Shown here: positions 59,231 through 64,000 of the stretch, one piece after another
Position numbering within the stretch: position 1 is the stretch's first letter
Layout of the letters: the number at the start of each line of letters is the position of its first letter
Assembly (NCBI GenBank): GCA_051294905.1
Contig: CM119371.1
Span: 7,874,001-7,938,000, forward strand
Length of the DNA stretch: 64,000 nucleotides
Origin: Botryllus schlosseri
Taxonomy: Eukaryota
Direction: 5' to 3'
Made by a program: the position numbers and the translations under genes
Notes under the pieces: model-generated
Database searches by the model: none
What the model was told of the DNA's origin: nothing
What the model saw: the letters and a program-made list of their open reading frames with translations, nothing else

Positions 59231-59872
59231 ATCATTTCTTCACGGAGCGTAATATTTACCATTATGGGCCGCACCTGTAACTCGGTTTCAGACTTCAGCG
59301 ATAATACTAATTGCCCTTGGCAATGTTCCCTCTATTTTTTTACGAGTAAGCGCGCTTGCGCGGTCCCTTGGAGAACGTTGCGCAACGAATAAAATAAAGT
59401 CATCACTTCGGAATTTTTGTGCGCATCTTAGATTTTCTGTGGGCATCTTCGATTTTCTGTAAGCAGAGACTGCTTACAACCCTGGATGATAGTATGCTTC
59501 TTTATAACATCATAGTGCTTCGATTTGGAAATGATTGAGACACTGCAGTTTTTCTTTTGTGTTGTCGTTATTATACCGTAGGCCTATAGGCTACTTCGGA
59601 GTTTGTTGTTACCATTGTTACAGTGCAAACTTCATGATGTGTAATTTTATTGTTCCGTACTTTATTTTTTGAATATGTTTGAATCCCTTCAGTGTGCCAA
59701 TGACTGTTGATAAGAAGCACCCAAAATATATTATACAAATTCCTGCAATGGATGTTTTTTATAAATATTATATTGCAGTAACATGAGGCAGAATCAAATT
59801 CAAATTAATATTAGCCCCGCGGACATTCACACGTTGCACTACTAATGGCCCCTACTAATGGTCCATCTCAAT

Positions 59873-61187
59873 CAGGAGCGGGCAACATACGGCCCGCGGG
59901 CCGGATCCGGCCCGCGAAGGGATTTTGTCCGGCCCACGGACAGGTTTCCGTCCTACATGATAGTGTGGCCCGCGACCCCAGTCTTCCAAAATTCCCCACT
60001 ACTTGCTTACATACGTCAAATTTTATAGACTGTATTAAATTATACACATGAATGCGCACTGCGCAGCGAGCGAGGGTGGAGCATACGCGTAAGTTGGTCG
60101 AAGCTATAAGACTTGTTGCATTATCGGCATTTACGATGTACTCAACCCTAATGTCATTTGTGGTAATCATGGTGCTTGTCGACTACAATGGTCATTTACA
60201 CCAGGCCGATATTTCTTATTTTGATTCTGTAACCGTCGACTTGTAGCACGGTACACTTCTAGGCTTCTGTAACACACCGCTTATGCCAGGGGTCGTCAAC
60301 TGAAAACGGATCGGGGGCCACTTTCTAATTTCGTAGAGACCGCGGGCCGCATGAATTCAATATCGAGATAAAATAGGCGACATAGTTGAACAACTACGCT
60401 ATCTCGTTATCTACTAAACCCTGTTGAATTGATATTTTGGTAGATATGGGGTACCGGGCTTATCGAACGCCTTGAAATCTTAATTGGGAATTGCACCGTG
60501 TGTTGTTGTTGTTGTATGAGTTTTATATTGGTGCTCGACTTCTATTGGTCATTTGCACCAGATCAATGCTGAGAGTATCATATATCGACCATTAGTAGGG
60601 CATACTCTATTAGAGTGCCCATAGTAAGAGGATTAACCAGTAATATTTCCAAGCGGAAAGAGACGATGCCTCTAATTTGGTCCCGAAGATACTGTCGATG
60701 GCCTTTATACTTGATGCAGTAAATGACGCAATGCTCAACTGTTTCAGGCACGCCACAGCTTTCTCTCTGCCCAGTGTCGTGAATTTATATTTTCGTAATC
60801 AGTGCAGAATCAGCTTTCGATTGATACCCATTTTACCATATTTAATGCTCGGCAAGCCGGTCAAAAATGGCCGTCAAACTGCCTGTAGCCAAATGGAAAT
60901 TGTGACGTGATGCAATTCCACTGAGGCGTGAGATTTGCCTGTGTCGACACCATATAGGACACTATGTGTGTTGATTGATCAGAGAGAAGCAGACATGGTG
61001 GCGCCATTACTGGCGAGAAATGGCTTTGAAGTTACATTGCTGTCGTTAAAATACATTCATTAAATACGATTTATTCCTTGTATATGTGGATAAATGGGCG
61101 AATAATGTATCGATTCAGCAATCCGGTCCGCCAAGTTCCTAATTTTCCTATATTCGGCCCGCCGACTGGAGAAGTTGCCCGCCCCTG
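59873..61187. mobile_element. hAT-type MITE nested in the THAP element
   Basis: TIR caggagcgggcaac / gttgcccgcccctg; TSD atctcaat/atctaaat (7 of 8). Confidence 0.75.
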
Positions 61188-64000
61188 ATCTAAATTGATG
61201 GTGACTTTGCAAACAGCGTCTTTTCAAGATGCTTTGATCTTTGCATTAATCTGAAAGTCTTCTTTGCATTAATCTGAAAGTCTTCTATCTTCAGCGAGAT
61301 AACATGATTGGATTGGACTTTCAACTCTTCTTTTCCAATTACAGCCAGGTCTTCAGAAAAGAATGACAACGCTCCTGCTATAGGGTGACTACCTCAGAAT
61401 CCATGAATTGCGAATAGCTTCCAATATTACTGCAATCGAAAGAATATTATATCTTAGGTAATATCACGACGAATAACCTAACAAATTCATCCTGACAATG
61501 CCTGGAACCTTCTCACGGTTCTACAATACTCTTCTTTTTGCTGACAATTACCCCTGAAGAGTGTCTGACTAAAGATTCGGGCATATTTCATGAATATATC
61601 ATTCAATAGTGAATTGAACTTTTGTACCTCCAAGAGCTACATAGTGGATAACAACAAATTATAAGTTTCTTACCAATAATAGACCTTTTTCTATTTCTGA
61701 TAAAGAGAACTTTTAGAATTAAAAATGATTATGGAAATTCCTGAAAAGTATGGTATTTCTCCTGCTGGGATGATGTTACTGCAACCGATAGAATGTGATA
61801 TCTTAGGTTATAACCAAACAGACTCATCCTGATAGGGCCTGGAACTTTGAAACGGTTGCAAAATACTGTTTCAATGTTTTTGTTTACATTCCCTTTGGAC
61901 TAGCGCAGCCAGCATACCGTTGACGACGACGCTGTCAGTCGTAACCAAGAACAACAACATTCTGACCAATCAGAAGCTAGGTAGCGTACTTCCGGTTTCA
62001 GCCCGTATTGGTAGCACTAATATATAGGATTCGTAGTGTGTGCCGTATTTTCTGTCCACATGCGTAGGTGGTGCCAAACATGGTCACTACAGCAGTACAT
62101 ACCCACGACAGGGTGCTGTGCTACGTCAGTGACGTGGGCTTATGGGGGGCAAGTGAGGCCGTGCTTCACATGTCGTCACGTATAAGCATGGGAAAAGTAT
62201 GAAACCTTTTATTATGATTATTGGTATTTTTATCGATTTTTATGAATGATCAGATTTGGAACATTTCAATTCCCAAAATCACGGAATTTGCACATATTGT
62301 TCGAAAATAAAGCGCAAAATGAGAGTTAAGGCAGAGATGTGGCACAGAGGGGGCTAGCCTCACCTGTGATAGCGCAACTCATCGTAAATACCTTGGAATC
62401 TATCATCACTGATATTATTCAAATGAAATTGTCGCGCTGATTCCGCAAATCTAAATATTGATCGACTTCTAAAGTATTCGGCGTAGCATAACGCTACACA
62501 CCTACATTTCACGTCTGTTATAGAAAGCTACTTACGTCACCAATGCTACGGCGTTGTTTTTTAATTTGAAATTGTAATTGGTAATGTCACTTCCGAGGAA
62601 GTTCGTTTATCGTCGTAGATCAGGAAGACAATGTGCATTTGAAAACTGCATTTCAAGGTATATCAGTCAAGATATCGTGCAATCCAAGATTTCGAGGCGC
62701 GCGATGGCGGGTAGATCGAATTCGTCGGACGTGTTAGTCAACGGCGCGACAGCAACTTAAATTTGAGGATTTTGAAAAGGGGGATACGAACCCCTAACCC
62801 TGGTTACCCCACTGTCTTGGCCTCTAAAAGACATGTCTATACTTCCACGATAATATTATAATCGGGCAGTCATGAAAATTTACCAACAAGTTGCTTCAAT
62901 ATTGATAAATTAAGTATAAAATTGAAAATTTGTCAAAGAGCCATATCTTACACCCAAAAGAGCCATATATGGCTCGAGAGCCATAGGTTCCCGACCACTG
63001 GTGTAGAGCAAACATATTATTCGGGCTGATGCACAAAAGTTCTCCAACGAACTGTGTAATATTTTGATGCTCTGAGGCTGCAGTAATGCGTTTTATACTA
63101 TCGTGAACTTGAAGCAGTTTTGACAGACATTGAAAATCTCTACTTCTACTTGTAATTGAGAATAAATCACCGGCGTCGGCTCTACTCCTACTTAAGTACC
63201 AAATATTGAGTTCTTTTAACAGTTCTCTTAACAGCTTATTTGCGAACCGTTGGTTTCCGTTTAGAGTCGCACACACCTTAATCGATTTCGTCAGGATCAT
63301 AGGTTACGCTATTCTGTATTGGTTAGCGCTCTGTACAAACATCAGATTTTATGATCACACTATCCGTTGTTATCGCTTTATCCTTATACGAGTGAAAATC
63401 TGCGAGGATGATGGCATTGAAAAGGATTCGTTATAGCATATATGGAGGTAAAGTCTATCACGGTATGAACTGTAGATTGTTGTTAGAGCCTTACTTAATT
63501 TCGAATCAATATTACTTGAATATAGATCAGTGGTTCTCAACCTTTTTCGGTGGCAGGGCCAAATTTAGAATTTCAGAGTACGGTGGGGGCCGCACGAATA
63601 CCAGGGCGATGAAAGGAACCTAAAATAGTCAACAAAATATGAAAATTAGCATTGTTCCGATCATTCGCTTGACGCCATTGGCCGTTGTGTTGCCGCGCTC
63701 CCGTTGTTCAGAACAATCAACTCTTGCTGGCTATTTCGGAGTAGTTTTATTGCCCTGGCGAGATTTCAATTCGTATTTTTGGAATCAGTGCGACACCTCC
63801 TTTCGATATACACTGTCATATCAAATTATTCGGACGCTTGGGTCGTTAGCTATAGGACTACCAATTATGCTGTTTTTTTGTCTGCTAAGCAGTACGCATC
63901 TCGGCGTATTCAATCGTGAGTCACTTGTTGCACATCTAACCGTAAATTAGTTATCAATACCCAGGGCCGTAACAGCACTATTGCCAGCCCCCCCTAAAAA

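Larger units (their letters stand above)
57474..62008 (+). mobile_element. THAP-bearing DNA transposon remnant with ~300-bp TIRs (P- or Harbinger/ISL2EU-like)
   Basis: 57474-57770 is the reverse complement of about 61710-62008. THAP motif at about 57850-58110: C.V.C...WINRISRKDWSP...RVCSYHF...DAVP. Confidence 0.65.
57355..63000. mobile_element. 5.6-kb hAT element carrying nested insertions
   Basis: 16-bp TIR cagtggtcgggaacct / aggttcccgaccactg; perfect TSD gtgtagag. Confidence 0.9.

Noticed and set aside
20400-64000. The many 60-120 aa ORFs in the host region
   Set aside because: No motifs, mostly non-ATG starts or inside MITEs; consistent with random open frames.

Overview
AT-rich animal genomic DNA. 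The repeat landscape suggests a marine invertebrate, possibly an ascidian, but this is not provable from the sequence. (1) About 3.2-19.8 kb is a largely intact, + strand, Ty3/Gypsy-like reverse-transcribing element of unusual design. It has an 18-nt tRNA-Ile primer-binding site, a small membrane glycoprotein ORF, a gag split by an in-frame TAG, and a canonical -1 frameshift into Pol. Pol reads protease-RT-RNase H and then, where integrase belongs, an RNA 2'-phosphotransferase (Tpt1/KptA) domain with its catalytic residues retained. Upstream of the PBS lie ten co-oriented, apparently intronless cargo ORFs: an intact Merlin/ISXO2 DDE transposase with no TIRs, a Ubc4/UBE2D-like E2, a secreted or GPI-type LRR protein, and pairs of paralogous orphans. 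No second LTR and no intact integrase are in the window. Only heavily decayed integrase-like remnants are seen at 1-2.3 kb. (2) About 20-64 kb is host DNA: a reconstructable 5-exon type I membrane protein gene (CUB-like domain, stalk, TM, Tyr-motif tail) and dense nested hAT MITEs with 8-bp TSDs, LINE and Penelope fragments, and a THAP element. All calls are by eye, without database searches.
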